64,000 nt of DNA from Octopus sinensis. Taxonomy: Eukaryota. The position numbers and the translations under genes are program-made. The stretch spans positions 22,568,001 to 22,632,000 of the forward strand of contig NC_043003.1 in assembly GCF_006345805.1 (NCBI RefSeq), written 5' to 3'. Shown here one piece after another: positions 25,450-38,670 of this stretch. The notes beneath the pieces are model-generated. The model was not told the origin of the DNA. It searched no databases and saw only the letters and a list, made by a program, of their open reading frames with translations. Position 1 is the stretch's first letter. Every line of letters begins with the position of its first letter.

Positions 25450-26514
25450 GGGCTAAGTTGACTTCAGAGAGATTTGAGCTCAGACTGTAAAGATCTGAAG
25501 GAAATGCTGCTTAGTTTTTTGTCTAATGTGCTAACTATTCTCTTAGCTCACTTCCATATCACAGCTCAATAATGACAGGTATTTTACTGAATACTTCGTT
25601 ATTTCCAAAATTAACTTTAAAAAGACAAATGTATTTCCAAAGAAATATGCTAACAAAGAAAAAAGTTAATTACTGTCAGGCAATATTTGAAATTTCAATA
25701 AATTCAATTGCAGGTAGGCAATATATGATATTTTGATCATTACAATTACCATGGGTGTAACATAGGATATTTCAATGATTTTGATTGCTATCAGGCACTG
25801 TATGACCTTTTAATAAGTTCAGTTGCCATATGACAATATATAATATTTCTAGAAGTTTAATTGCTGTGTAGCAATGCATCGCCACATTAAACTGCACAAT
25901 TAAACTTCAGTGCATTGCAGCATTGCATTATCATACTGCAATTGCAATGTAGTGATGTATGAAACAATATGAAGTATTTCAATAAGTTTACCTGAAGTGT
26001 GGCAAAGTTCAATTGTCATGTCAAAATAAGTTCAATTGCCTTGTCACAGTAAGTTCATCTCAATAAAGTAACATATGATATTTAAATTGGTAATTCAGTG
26101 CCTTTTCCAGATGCACATGCGAATGACACATTTGATTATCATTTCATTGATATATGATTGTGAAGTTGTTAATCCAATAACATTAATATTTTGTAAGGTG
26201 AGACGTTTCATTAAAGATGGAAACCTAAAGAAAATGCTTACTTGATGTACCTCATATATATATATATATATATATATATCATGCTGATGATTACTAAAAG
26301 GAATGAAATTGTCTTTATAATTGATTATCACTGGCTAGAAATTATTAGAACTTCATCATAAACAAGCATATAAATGAACAATTAAATAAATAGATAAAAT
26401 GTATGTACTGTATGCATCTTTTTCATGACTCCATAATCTCAATTCAAGCATCTACTCCCACACAATAGTATGAAGAAATGATTATCTCCCTTATAATAAA
26501 TATTCACCACTACA

Positions 26515-26564
<50 letters not shown>

Positions 26565-26983
26565 TACACACACACACACATATATGTGTATGTATACATA
26601 TATATATGTATGTGTGTATATATAACTGTGTGTGTATGTGTGTGTGCATGCATATATATAATTATTAATAATGAATGGTATATTTTGTTATTAATAATAT
26701 ATACTCTGGACAATTTTTACTATCCAGTGAAACGTATATGGAATTACAGATCTGAAGAATTCCTAGAGTGACTTACATCAAATTGTATTCACAGACGTTA
26801 AATACAGATCGTTGTGATTAGCCATTAACTGGAGCTTAACTGAAAGCTAATAAGGTATCCACCCGGATAATATATCCCTCCAAACTAACTTTTACATCAT
26901 TATTATCATCATATACATACATACATACATACATAATACATACATACATACATACATACATACATACATAAATATATATATGC

Positions 26984-27020
<37 letters not shown>

Positions 27021-27768
27021 CACACCCACTCACAAACACATACACAGACAAATACATTCATATTAATAAACATCATATCCATACGTTTATCATATCAGTA
27101 CATTATTCATATGACCAACTATAGAAAAACAAATTAATCTCCAAATTAATACTAATATAGACATAACATGTCAACTTTAATCCATTTTGAATTCAACCAA
27201 AATATATAAAATTCAATAAATGATGTATCATGACATGTTTATTTATGATAACTATAATTTTCATGACGTGTTATAAAAGAAGTTTCATATTTGAAAAATA
27301 TATTAAAGAATTTTTTTTTGTTTTGTTTTGTTTTATTTTTGTATGCAAAAATGAATCATAACTGAATGAATAAATATGTTTTGAAATAAGATTTTAAAAA
27401 TCCTTTAACATTTGAATATAGAATTTATATATAAAATGTTAAAAAGAACTACCTTAAAATACAAGCAAAAAAAAATGAGTTAAAAGAAATGATTATTTAA
27501 ATTCACGAATGTAAGGATATTGTTTTCACAAGTATTCAAAACAAAACAAAATAATAATATTAACAACATTGTCAACAACAACAGCAACAATAATAATTTT
27601 TCGTGAAAAACGGAAAACAGAAATCATTATGCATTTGTTGAATTGTTTTATGTTTTATGTGATTATGTTTGTATATGCAATAGATGTGTTTTGTGTCTTA
27701 ATATCTGTGTTCTGAGTGAGTTAATAATTCGTGTTTCTTTCACATGCCCAGTTTTCTTTATGAATGCA

Positions 27769-27809
<41 letters not shown>

Positions 27810-28325
27810 CTGTGTGCATGCATGTATGGTGTGATAGTAGAAATTCAATATTATTATTGACTTGTTTTGTACCAAATTGCTGCTGTTTTACATGCACACA
27901 CACACACACACACACACATATACATACACATACACTTATATATACATAAATGCATATATATATACATATATATATGTATATATGTTTAAGAATTTGTTTT
28001 GCAAGAAACAGATATTGTTATATATATGTGTGTGTGTATGTGTGTGTGTGTATGTGTGTGTGTGTATGTGTGTGTGTGAATGTGTGTGTGTGTGTGTGTT
28101 TGTGTGTATTTATGATTATTCTTAAAAATATTGTTGAGGGTGACTTTGAATTTTTGGCCTGTTAAGCCATCATTGGACTCTGTGTATATGTGTGTTTGTG
28201 TAAATACATGTATATTTTCCTCAAACAATACAATTGTACATTTTTATTATGAATGCATATATATTTCTATGTGTATGTACATTTATGATATGAGTATGTG
28301 TGTGAATAAGTATGCAATAGCAGGC

Positions 28326-28358
<33 letters not shown>

Positions 28359-29291
28359 TATTACATGTGTAAAGTGATAATTATTTAAGCACATCTGAAG
28401 CTTTATACCAACTTACTGATGACTATACACATATATAACCGCCCCCCCATACACATATTCTTTAAACACATTCACATATTATTTAAACCTTCAGTTGTAT
28501 CCAACATAGAATTTTTTACCAATAACAATCTGCTTAAGACGCCTAATTTTTTTGTGATAGAGAAGAGCCCTCCTCCTCCTCCTCATCATCATCATCATCA
28601 ACATCATCATTATCATCATCATCATTGTCGTTATGACCCTTAATGTTGCTATTGCTTTTAACAACTCTATGAGAGAAAACAAGCACAAGTTTTAACAGGT
28701 AGGGCCTATAATACTTCTCTGGATATTATGTGGGTTTCAACGTACCTAATATCTGACTTTAAATCTACCTCTCTACACCATCCATCTTCTTACACATCCT
28801 TTTATTCACCAGTTTGTTTTCCTTAGAGTATGTCTATAATGGTTGCTCTCTCTGCTGTTGTCTTTTTCTGCCCAGCATGATTCATCCATTCGCATTAATA
28901 ACACAATATTGATGAAAATAAAATGTGAGCCAGTGAAGTATATGAATAACACTGATTGACAATCATGTAATAATTCAAATTGATATTCCAGATTGGTCAC
29001 AGTCCACTAGCATAAAATAGTTATTGAAAAATAATCAAAATTCAAATTTAGTTTCATCAAATTTTTCTTATTCTATTATGTATATATATATATATATGAC
29101 ATGTATATTCATATAGTACATATATACACACACATATATATATGTATGTGTATGTATGCATATAAATGTGTATATATATATATAGACATACATACATATA
29201 GGAGGAGAATTCACAAAAAAACAAAAGACAAAGACAGGTGGTGTAGACAACAAATAGATGTATTAGTATAATGCTCGGTAAGTGAAAAAGT

Positions 29292-29327
29292 CTTTAATGT
29301 TTCGAGCCTATGCACTTCCACAGAAAG
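29292..29327 (-). ncRNA. Decayed hammerhead-like motif within an interspersed repeat
   Basis: Minus strand CTTT-CTGTGGA-A-GTGC-ATAG-GCTC-GAA-ACAT-T-AAAG: stem I CTTT/AAAG intact, core and stem II mutated. Confidence 0.4.
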
Positions 29328-29477
29328 GAACACAGAAAGAAACAAGAAGAGAAAATACATTCATATATATATATAAAACCCCTTTGTTTCCATAAAAAGA
29401 AGCAAACATTATCTTGTTGTATATGTATATGTATATATAGTTAATCCATATATATATATATATGAGTGTGTGTATAT

Positions 29478-29695
29478 GTGGTGCTGGTGCCACATAAAAT
29501 GCACCCACTACACTCTGTAAGGTGGGTAATGTTTTGAAGGGCATCCAGCCATAGAAACCATGTCAAAACAGACAAATGGAGCCTGAGCTCCAGTTGTTAA
29601 TCGCTCAGCCGGCCAGCTTCTGTCAAACCATCCAATGCATGCCAGCATAGAAAGTGGATGTTTACTGATGGTAATGACGATGATGATGATGATGA
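29478..29695 (+). mobile_element. SINE-like family D 3' portion with (GAT)n tail
   Basis: GCTGGTGCCAC...GGGCATCCAGCC...CCAGCATRGAAA...GGAYGTT motif. Other copies: 11395-11450(-), 35828-36130(-), 36365-37060(+, split), 50470-50655(+), 55925-56112(+). Confidence 0.75.
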
Positions 29696-30251
29696 TAGTG
29701 TATAGATGTACCATCAGTAATTACATTTGTAGAACACTTGCAAGTTTAAAGATGCACGTGGGTAGCCATTAACTAGAATAAATTAGTTTATACATAACTG
29801 TATTGTAAAATGATAAACATACAAGCAAAGATACACATTTGTAACCATGGAACAGAACAAATTAATTTGCACATATCTATATTGTAAATAACAAATATAA
29901 CAGGAAATAGTTTAGCATGTTTATATGTAGATAACCAGTTCTGTATCTATATCTGTTCACTTGTCTTCTGTTTGTTTTTCATGTTTGTGTTGTATTTTTT
30001 TTGTCTGACTCTTTGCTTGTTTGTTTTTGTTTGAATTTTGCTTTTTTATCATTTCAAGTTGGATAAAAGTCTTCTTTATTTAATGCTCATTTGTCATCTT
30101 TGATGAGAGATTCTATCATCGATGCTGTTGTTGTCATCATCATCATTGGATATATGTATATATATATAAGATGATAATAATAATAATAGTAGGGAATATA
30201 ATTCCAAAACTTACAGGGAAATATTCAATTTAACAATTCTAAATAAATTTC

Positions 30252-30538
30252 ACAATATATAATATATGTATATAATTTAGAGAAAAAACCCTCTATTAAA
30301 CAATTCAAAACTGAAAGATGTTACTCTCACCAAATAGAAAACATATAAAAACCTTATTCTAAAACTCAATAAAGTACAATAAATAGTAAATGGTAGTATT
30401 TATTGTACTTTATTGATTTTTAGAATAAGGTTTTTATAGTACATGTTTTCTATATGGTGTGAATAATATCTTTCATTTTTAAATTAACAGAGGTTTTTTT
30501 CTCTAAATCATATATATATATATGTATATATATATTGT
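30252..30538. repeat. Long fold-back, about 135-bp arms
   Basis: 30252-30385 versus 30397-30538; inner TCAATAAAGTACAATAAATA perfectly inverted, outer parts diverged. Confidence 0.88.
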
Positions 30539-30594
30539 TTGTAAAAAACATAAAGTTGAAAGAAGAAGCACACTCTAAGATGTAGAATAGTATA

Positions 30595-30807
30595 TATTAA
30601 AAATGGAGAAGGCTGGTTTATAGGATTATATTAGGTTTCCTGTCCATAAAAGGTTTAGCTTTATGGCATATCATCAGATCCCCAAAACCTGTTGGCCCAT
30701 GACCTCTTAAAAATATTTTTGGGATCTGATGATACGACATAAAACTAAACCCTTTATGGAGAGGAAACCTAATGTAATCCCATAAATGGCCTTCCCCATT
30801 TTTAATA
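30595..30807. repeat. Fold-back, about 90-bp arms, each carrying a hammerhead-like motif
   Basis: TATTAAAAATGG...CAGATCCCCAAAA versus TTTTGGGATCTG...CCATTTTTAATA. Right arm: TGGGAT-CTGATGA(30726-32)...GAAA(30764-67)-C-CTAAT-G-TA-ATCCCA. Confidence 0.8.
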
Positions 30808-31693
30808 CACACACACACATACATACCTACGTATATATGTTATATATGTGTGTATACATATGTGTGCATGTATATATATATATCTATATGTATATCTATA
30901 TACACACAGATATATATAAATATACACATATTTATATATACATATATATTTATATGTATATATATTTGCATGCATGTATGTGTGTGTGTGTATTGTTATC
31001 ACCATCATCTTGATAATCATTAATATAGGTATCATCATTAATTCAGTTCTTGTACATCTATATCGAAGTGGGGCAGTTTATTTGTTGTGAAACTTATATT
31101 TCTCCTGTAAGGTAGCCTCATCTCAAACGACCATGAATCATAAATGGAGTATGTTCATTGTTTTTGTTCTAAAGTCAAGTAAAACTGTATGTAAATCATC
31201 CCCAGTACTCATTTTAAATCTGCTGCTTATTCTTTTGACATCCTTTTGCTGAAACTCTAAGTTATGGGCACTGAAACCAGAAATTTCAAGCACCGAGAGA
31301 GAAATGCCAATACAAAGACACAGATACAGATGCAAAAAAAAAAAAAACCCCAAAACAGACAGACAAACATACACACACACACAAATTAACCAAATTCATT
31401 CATAATGCATTGGTTGTTCTGGAGTTGTAGAAGAAGACACATTCTGAAGGTGCCATACATTGAACTTGAAACTATATGCATACAAAGTCATCTTCTTAAC
31501 CACAAAGCCATGTCTCGATTATTTCTTATGAAAATCCCATCATTATAAAAATGTATGATTGTAAATTTAGTATCATTGAACTATAATTTAAACAAACCAA
31601 TTGATGAAATATCCATCAATCTAGCTCTTCATTCATACATATATGCACATACATACATACATACATACATACATACATACATACATACATACA

Positions 31694-31725
<32 letters not shown>

Positions 31726-32246
31726 CACATGCATGCATACATACATCTAAGCAGCTAGATTGTTAATATGCATCATTTTGCCAAATTATCTGGTTGTTTG
31801 TTCATCAATTTGTTTATGCCATTGTCTATCTAGACAATTTATGAAACCATTTTTGTTTGAGGATCTTATGTTTGAAACCATTAACTTTGCGTGATATGTT
31901 TGTGTTTTTGTGTTTCTGTATGTGTATTTTGTGTGTGAGTGTGAGTGTGTATGTACATATGTAGATACGTATATTGTATATATCTGTATATATTAGCATA
32001 ATTGCATACATATATATGCAAGTACATAGGAATTGTTTCAAATCATTTACTCCAAGTAGACACAAAAAACTTTGGATTTTTTAGAAGATGGAGATAAAAG
32101 ATGTTAGCATTTATGATGCATTATTGTCAGTGATAAAAATGTAAGCCAAAATTACTTGACAAATGATATAAAGTGAGCCATTAAATGTTCTTAATTCTGC
32201 ATTCTGAAGAAAGGGAAAATCTTAGACATTGATCAAAATGTCAGCT

Positions 32247-32445
32247 TAACCTTATTAATATCATCTCACCTCAGACCACCCTTGACTCTATGTTGCAAAC
32301 TTCCTATTTAAAATTAATCTAAATTAAAATCTCCCATTAAAATTTCATTCTAATTTATGTTTCAATTGCAAACTAAATAGTGACAAAGTTATTTTACTAA
32401 ATTTTTCCTTATTTTCAACATATATTGAAACAAAGTCAGAGGATA
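32247..32445. mobile_element. Diverged TTAA-bounded MITE-like repeat
   Basis: Starts TTAACC; shares CAAACTTCC...AAATTAAAA with a partial copy at about 24985-25105. Family recognition is from memory. Confidence 0.45.
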
Positions 32446-32656
32446 ACTTCAGAAATTCTCCAAGTCTAGATAACTTTATATGCTATGACTGATATTCAGT
32501 CAAAGTTTCAGTAAATATAACATAGTTAAAATTCTCAGTTCTTCATTCCCACAAACCCTGAAATTTTTATTAGATTTGACATCGACTTAAAGTACAGAAT
32601 GGATACCAATGATGGCAAGATCTAATTATGTTTTAGTAGAATTTTTCTTTCAAATC

Positions 32657-32910
32657 TTGTTGTGTCGACGCCCCCAGACGATGAAGTAGGCTAGCCCAAT
32701 ACGTAGATATAGAGGGAGAAGTCTAGATGTCGTAGGATTTGAGTAGAGGTCATCCGAATGTGCGATATAGCAGTGGAGACGAGGATGAGATCACTGTTAT
32801 ATCGCACGTTTGGATGGCTTCTACTCAACTCCTACGACGTCTAGACTTCTCCCTCTATATCTACGTATTGGGCTAGCCTACTTCATCGTCTGGGGGCGTC
32901 GACACAACAA
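32657..32910. mobile_element. 254-bp GC/CpG-rich hairpin (fold-back/MITE-like) element
   Basis: 119-bp arms (32657-32775 and 32792-32910), 112/119 complementary, outer 71 bp perfect, 16-nt loop; second half-copy at 25332. Confidence 0.9.
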
Positions 32911-34431
32911 ATTTCTCAAAATGGCTGGCTTTGAAAAAAGGGAAAGAACTAGAAAAAAGAAAACTTTAGCAGAGCTCACACGAAACCGATTTTGAATTCT
33001 AAAGCAAGAAGTAAGTTCAATATATTGGCATCATTTTTGAGAATGTTGATTTAAAATTTTTGGTTGAATTTTTTGGGTGCAACACTGAAAATTTCCATTT
33101 CATCTAGTTAACATATCAAGAGGAAAAATATGTAAGAGTACTGGTGACTATTTCCCCCCAAACTACTAAACAGAATCAGAAGCTCACAGACCGGAAAATT
33201 CACATAAATATTTGAAGTGTAAATACACCAAAAGGGGAATCAAAAGAAGCTTGTAGATTCAGCTTAAAGATGTCTTAACAGAGGCAATACGCACGTCTGA
33301 GAGTACATATAAAAAACGATTACTTTTGGATTGAAGCATTATAACTTTATCAAATAGTTCTGTCTTTTATTCATCATTGATTTTACTGAAAGCAATGTTT
33401 TGCAAGTATCAAGTTTTCTTTCCATATTTATCTTTCATTTCTTTCACTGGACAGGTCACATTTTTTTTTTATGCTGCAATTTTTTTCTTCCAAAATAACT
33501 TTCAGACTTAAAGCCATTATAAAATTTATGAAGTATTTTAATTTGTCATTTTTACTATTTTTAAAAGTGTTTAAGAGATTGATCTTAGTATACAGATATT
33601 TTTCATGGTGAGGAAGATTTTAGGTCAATCTTGCTATATAATAATAGTTTTTAATTATTTTTTTGCTTTTTCATTAATTTATTATTAATACTAATATTTT
33701 TTTATGGAATCAGTTTATTTTTCAGAATAAATTAAAAAAAATTTTCAGTCACTATTCAGTGAAGTTTTTTGAAAAAGGAAATGCAATTTATCAATAATAA
33801 AAAGAAAATCACTTGTTCATAACCTCTCACCTACCATACATGCCCCTCCTCATGATTCCCAAAATAATCAAAATCAGAAAGATGGTAATCAAAATAAGAA
33901 AAGCACCTGGTTCCCTATATTTGCATCTCTCCTCAAATAAATAAATAAATAAATAAATAAATAGATAAATAAATAAATGAAAATGTTTTTGTTGACATTG
34001 AATTGGTTATACAGACTTGTTTAAAATTCAATATATCAAAATGATCACATACTATACAGTATAAAATCAATTCACCAAGAAAGATATTAAATATGACACC
34101 ATTCCAATATGACCACCAAATTAGATACAAATGCATTTCTGACTTGTTTGCGATTAACAACACTTTAAAAGATTAAAAAAGTTATGAATCTATTGTAAAA
34201 CTGCACTTTTTTCGATGGTCATTAACATTTTTTCGTTTTGTATTTTTAGTTTTTTAAAAAAAAATTTTGGTAGTTTTTCAAATTAAAAATAAAATGTATT
34301 TTGATTTTTTTTGTTCATTTTCATTGAGATTAAGGAGTAGAAAGTTTTATTAAAGCTATTTCCTTATGTGTGATTCTAAGGAGACTGCTAGGTCAGTTCC
34401 GGAGACTACCACCTATATATATATATATATC

Positions 34432-34501
<70 letters not shown>

Positions 34502-35735
34502 TATATGTATATATATATATATAATATATAATATATATATATATAATATATATATACATATATATAGTATGTATATATGTACATATATACATATATATAT
34601 ATATATATATTGCTTATATATAAGTATATATATACATACATGTATATATACATATACATGTATATATAGGCATATATAGGTTTATATATATGCACATAGG
34701 TATGTATATATATATGAATATATATATATGTGTATATATATATTTATATATATTTATACACATGCACGCACACACACCTACACATACACACATTCACACA
34801 TACACATTCAGAGAAATATTTATTGGTAGCAAATGCCTTGTATTTATGGAGGTATATATTATATATATATATATGTATAAACACACACTTATATATATAT
34901 ATATAAATGAAGCTGATTATATATGGAAATGTGTGTGTGTATATATATATATATATGCATATACATGCACACATACAAAACTCTTGACTCATACCATCCT
35001 CTGTCACTTTCACATTTCATTCCATCATCTTCATGTACACACACTCACACACAAATCTATTAATACACACATGTACAGACACTAGAATCAGATGCACTAA
35101 CATAAAGGAAATAGCAAAATGCTCTCAGGACAGCAGATATGATTGTGTGTTAAACCTTTGACTACCATAGATTGAATGGCATGACTGAAATCTTTCCCAT
35201 GCGATGTTTCTTTTTATATTTTTGATCCAAGTATAGCTGTGTGGTCAAGAAGTTAGCTTCATAACCTTGTGGTTTCTGGTTCAGTTTTACTGTGTGGCAC
35301 CTTCGACAAGTGTCTTTTTATATTTTATATTTTTATATTTTTGATCCAGGTATGGATGTGAGGTCAAGAAGTTAGCTTCATAACCTCATGGTTTCTGGTT
35401 CAGTTCTACTTTGTGGCACCTTGGACAAGTGTCTTTTTATTGTAGTCCCAAACTAACCAAAGCCTTGTCTGTGGATTTGGTGGACAGAAGCTGGAAGCAG
35501 GTCATTTTCATCATCATCATGCTTAGAACATTGCAGTATATTTAGAGGGAATGTCCCATTCTTTACACATGTACCTGATGTGACACAAACTGTACAGATT
35601 GATGCAACACAACTAGATGCACAAAATCCTACCCTTAACTGACAGTTGAAGGATGAGACAAAACAATCATTGTATTCAGTAAAGACTAGTGTCAAATCTA
35701 TCTTCTATTTCCTTTGTCAATTATATATATATATA

Positions 35736-35788
<53 letters not shown>

Positions 35789-36439
35789 TCATCGTCATGA
35801 TTATCATCATCATCACCATCAACATCATCATCATTTAACGTCCGTTGTCCATGCTGGTATGGGTTGGATGGTTTGACCGGAGCTGGCATGCCGGAAGGCT
35901 ACACCAGACTTCAGTCTGATTTGGCATGGTATTCTATGGCTGGATGCCCTTCATATCACCAACCATTCTGAGAGTGTAATAGGTGCTTTTACGTTCCATT
36001 TGCAGGGTACTTTTACATGTCACTGGCACGGGTGCCAATTTGTGTGACACTAGTATCTGTCACGACTGCGATTTTGCTTGGTTTGATGGGTCTTCTCAAC
36101 ATAATGCCAAAGGTCTCGGTCATTGCCTAATATATATGCATATGTATAGACCTATTATCAGCCCTAGAAGGAGAAAAGGAAAAGTTGGCCTTGGTAGGAT
36201 TTGATCTTAGAATATGGAGTTAGAACAAATACATGTAGCATTTCATCTGATGCTGTCACTTCACTGCTTTCGTCAGAAACCTATCCTTCTCTGGACCTTC
36301 TCTTTCATATCTTATCCCTCTTCACTTCTCATCTCCTAGCATAAAGTTGCCACTGTTTGAGGGTAGTCGTCTTTCAAGAAGCATGGCAACTTCAATTATG
36401 CTGGTGACATGAAAAAAACACTCAGTACATGGTGTAAAG

Positions 36440-36578
36440 CAGTGTTTCTCAACCTTTTTACCCTTGCGTAACCCTTAAATTAATTATATGTCTCAAGAAA
36501 CTCCTGCACAAAAAATTATATACCATATCTTTCTCACATTTTTTCATTGTAGTTCACATGGTAAATATCATATATATC

Positions 36579-36653
<75 letters not shown>

Positions 36654-36656
36654 CAC

Positions 36657-36741
<85 letters not shown>

Positions 36742-36935
36742 GTTGTTATATTTTTTGATAAGATAATAAGTTTGATAGGATGGTGTCAATATTTCAATAA
36801 CCAATGATATGTTGTGCATGTATAGTAATATTATGATCATAAAATTAGCATAGCTTATCTTACTCTTTCTCACAGAACCCTTAAGAACCTTTGCAGAACC
36901 CTAGGGACCTGGGGAACCCTGGTTGAGAAACACTG
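36440..36935. mobile_element. hAT-type (Charlie-like) MITE nested in a family D SINE
   Basis: Perfect 15-bp TIRs CAGTGTTTCTCAACC/GGTTGAGAAACACTG; 8-bp flanks GTGTAAAG/CTGTGAAG (6/8 identical). Confidence 0.85.
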
Positions 36936-37471
36936 CTGTGAAGAAGGTCATCCATCCAACCAGAGAAAGCATGACATTGGAGCTTGATATGATCCTTGGA
37001 TTCATCAGATCGTGTCAGAATGTCCAACCCGTACCAGCATATAATATGGACGTTCAATGATGATGATGGTGATGATGATGATGATGATAATGATTCTTGT
37101 CAGTAGTTGGAAAGTTGTACACCACATGGCTAATGTGACCACATGGACTGTAGATTTAAAAGATGAAATAGCACGTGTTTGTTTCTTTATACATTAAAGA
37201 GTGGTACGAAAAGAACAGATAACTGTGGAGATGAAGTTAGAATCTGTGCAAGAAGCTCAATAAGGGATGTCATGTCACTTTGTTAAAAAAACACTGCTAA
37301 AGAAATAGTAGTCAAATTGCTTCCAAACCACTCTCCACCATATTACAAAGAAGGAAAGAGAACTTAAGAAAGGGAAGGACATTATATATAATATGATATA
37401 TTCCTCCTCCTCCTCCTCATCATCATCATCGTCATCATCATCTTCATCATCATCACCATCATCACCATCAC

Positions 37472-37512
<41 letters not shown>

Positions 37513-37564
37513 CTGCCACCACCACTATTATTAAATTCAGAATCCATCTCAGCATTTGTACTAT

Positions 37565-37735
37565 ATAGCCACGATCCACACTGTAATGGCATTAATTCCA
37601 GCCTTTTACATTCCTGAGTTCAAATTCCCCCAAGGTCAACTTCAACTTTGACATGCTTTCCTCCAGGATCAATAAAATGAAGCAGCAGTCAAGAATTAGG
37701 ATTGAATTGATGGGATCAGCCAACGCGCTCCAGTA
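37565..37735 (+). mobile_element. Family A SINE, plus orientation, diverged
   Basis: CTGAGTTCAAATTCCCCCAAGGTCAAC B-box region followed by an (ATT)n tract. Confidence 0.65.
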
Positions 37736-37776
37736 AAAAACTGCCAACCTCATATGTAAATTGTAAACCATTATCA

Positions 37777-37831
<55 letters not shown>

Positions 37832-38410
37832 ATTTCATTCACTGCTGTTGTCATCATTTTCATCATTTCCATCATAGACATTATCGCTGCCATTGTCACG
37901 TTTATAATTATCAATATTATTTAACAAAGTGCTGTCGTTCCTTTTGAATCAAAGGTGAAAGAGGAAAGACTGCTAGCTTGTGTGGTTTCTATGATATAAA
38001 GGGTGTGTCTACTGACTGGGAGAAAGAGAGAGAGAGAGAGAGTGAGAGAGGGAGAGAGAGAATGAGAGAGAGGGAGAGAGAGAGAATCCATGGATCACAT
38101 AATGGATCAGAGAAAGCACTCCTGCTCATAAAGAGAAGCATTTTCCCTAACAACAACAACAACAGCAACAACAACAACAACAACAACAATAATAATAATA
38201 ATAATAACAACAACAACAACAATAACAACAGCAACAACATCAACAACATCAACAGCAGCATCAATATCAACGGGGAAGAATATTAATGGCATAATGCTAG
38301 CAAAATGAAAGGCAGGTGTATAACCAAATCTACTCTAATTGAGTTACAGGAAAGAGTTACCTGGAGATTTGGTTGCATGTACCCATAACATGGTAATAAA
38401 GATAATAATA

Positions 38411-38622
38411 ATGGCTTCAAATTTTGGCACAAGGCCAGCAATTCTATGGAGGAGTTAAGTCGATTACAATGACCCTAGGGCTCAATGGGTACTTAATTTA
38501 TTGACTCCGAAAGAATGAAAGGTAAAGTCAACCTCAGTGGAATTTGAACTCAGAACTTAAAGATGGATGAAATATCTCTAAGCATCTTGCTTGGTGTTCT
38601 ATTTTGCCAATTTGCTGCCTTA
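38411..38622 (-). mobile_element. Family A SINE
   Basis: TTTTGGCACAAGGCCAGC...GAATTTGAACTCAGAAC...GCTGCCTTAA. Confidence 0.85.
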
Positions 38623-38637
38623 ATAGTAACAATAACG

Positions 38638-38669
<32 letters not shown>

Positions 38670-38670
38670 T

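Noticed and set aside
26284-26315. CTGATGA...GAAA...GTC as a hammerhead (similar partial cores at 5570-5602 minus and about 53146)
   Set aside because: No credible stem I, II or III pairing; expected by chance.
31138-31380. Minus-strand ORF with a non-repetitive C-terminal half (…EFQQKDVKRISSRFKMSTGDDLHTVLLDF…)
   Set aside because: No recognisable homology, no convincing donor, and the N-terminus is microsatellite.
37978-38286. Poly-Asn/ER-repeat ORF resembling low-complexity proteins
   Set aside because: Built from (GA)n and (AAC/AAT)n tracts; no splice or homology support.
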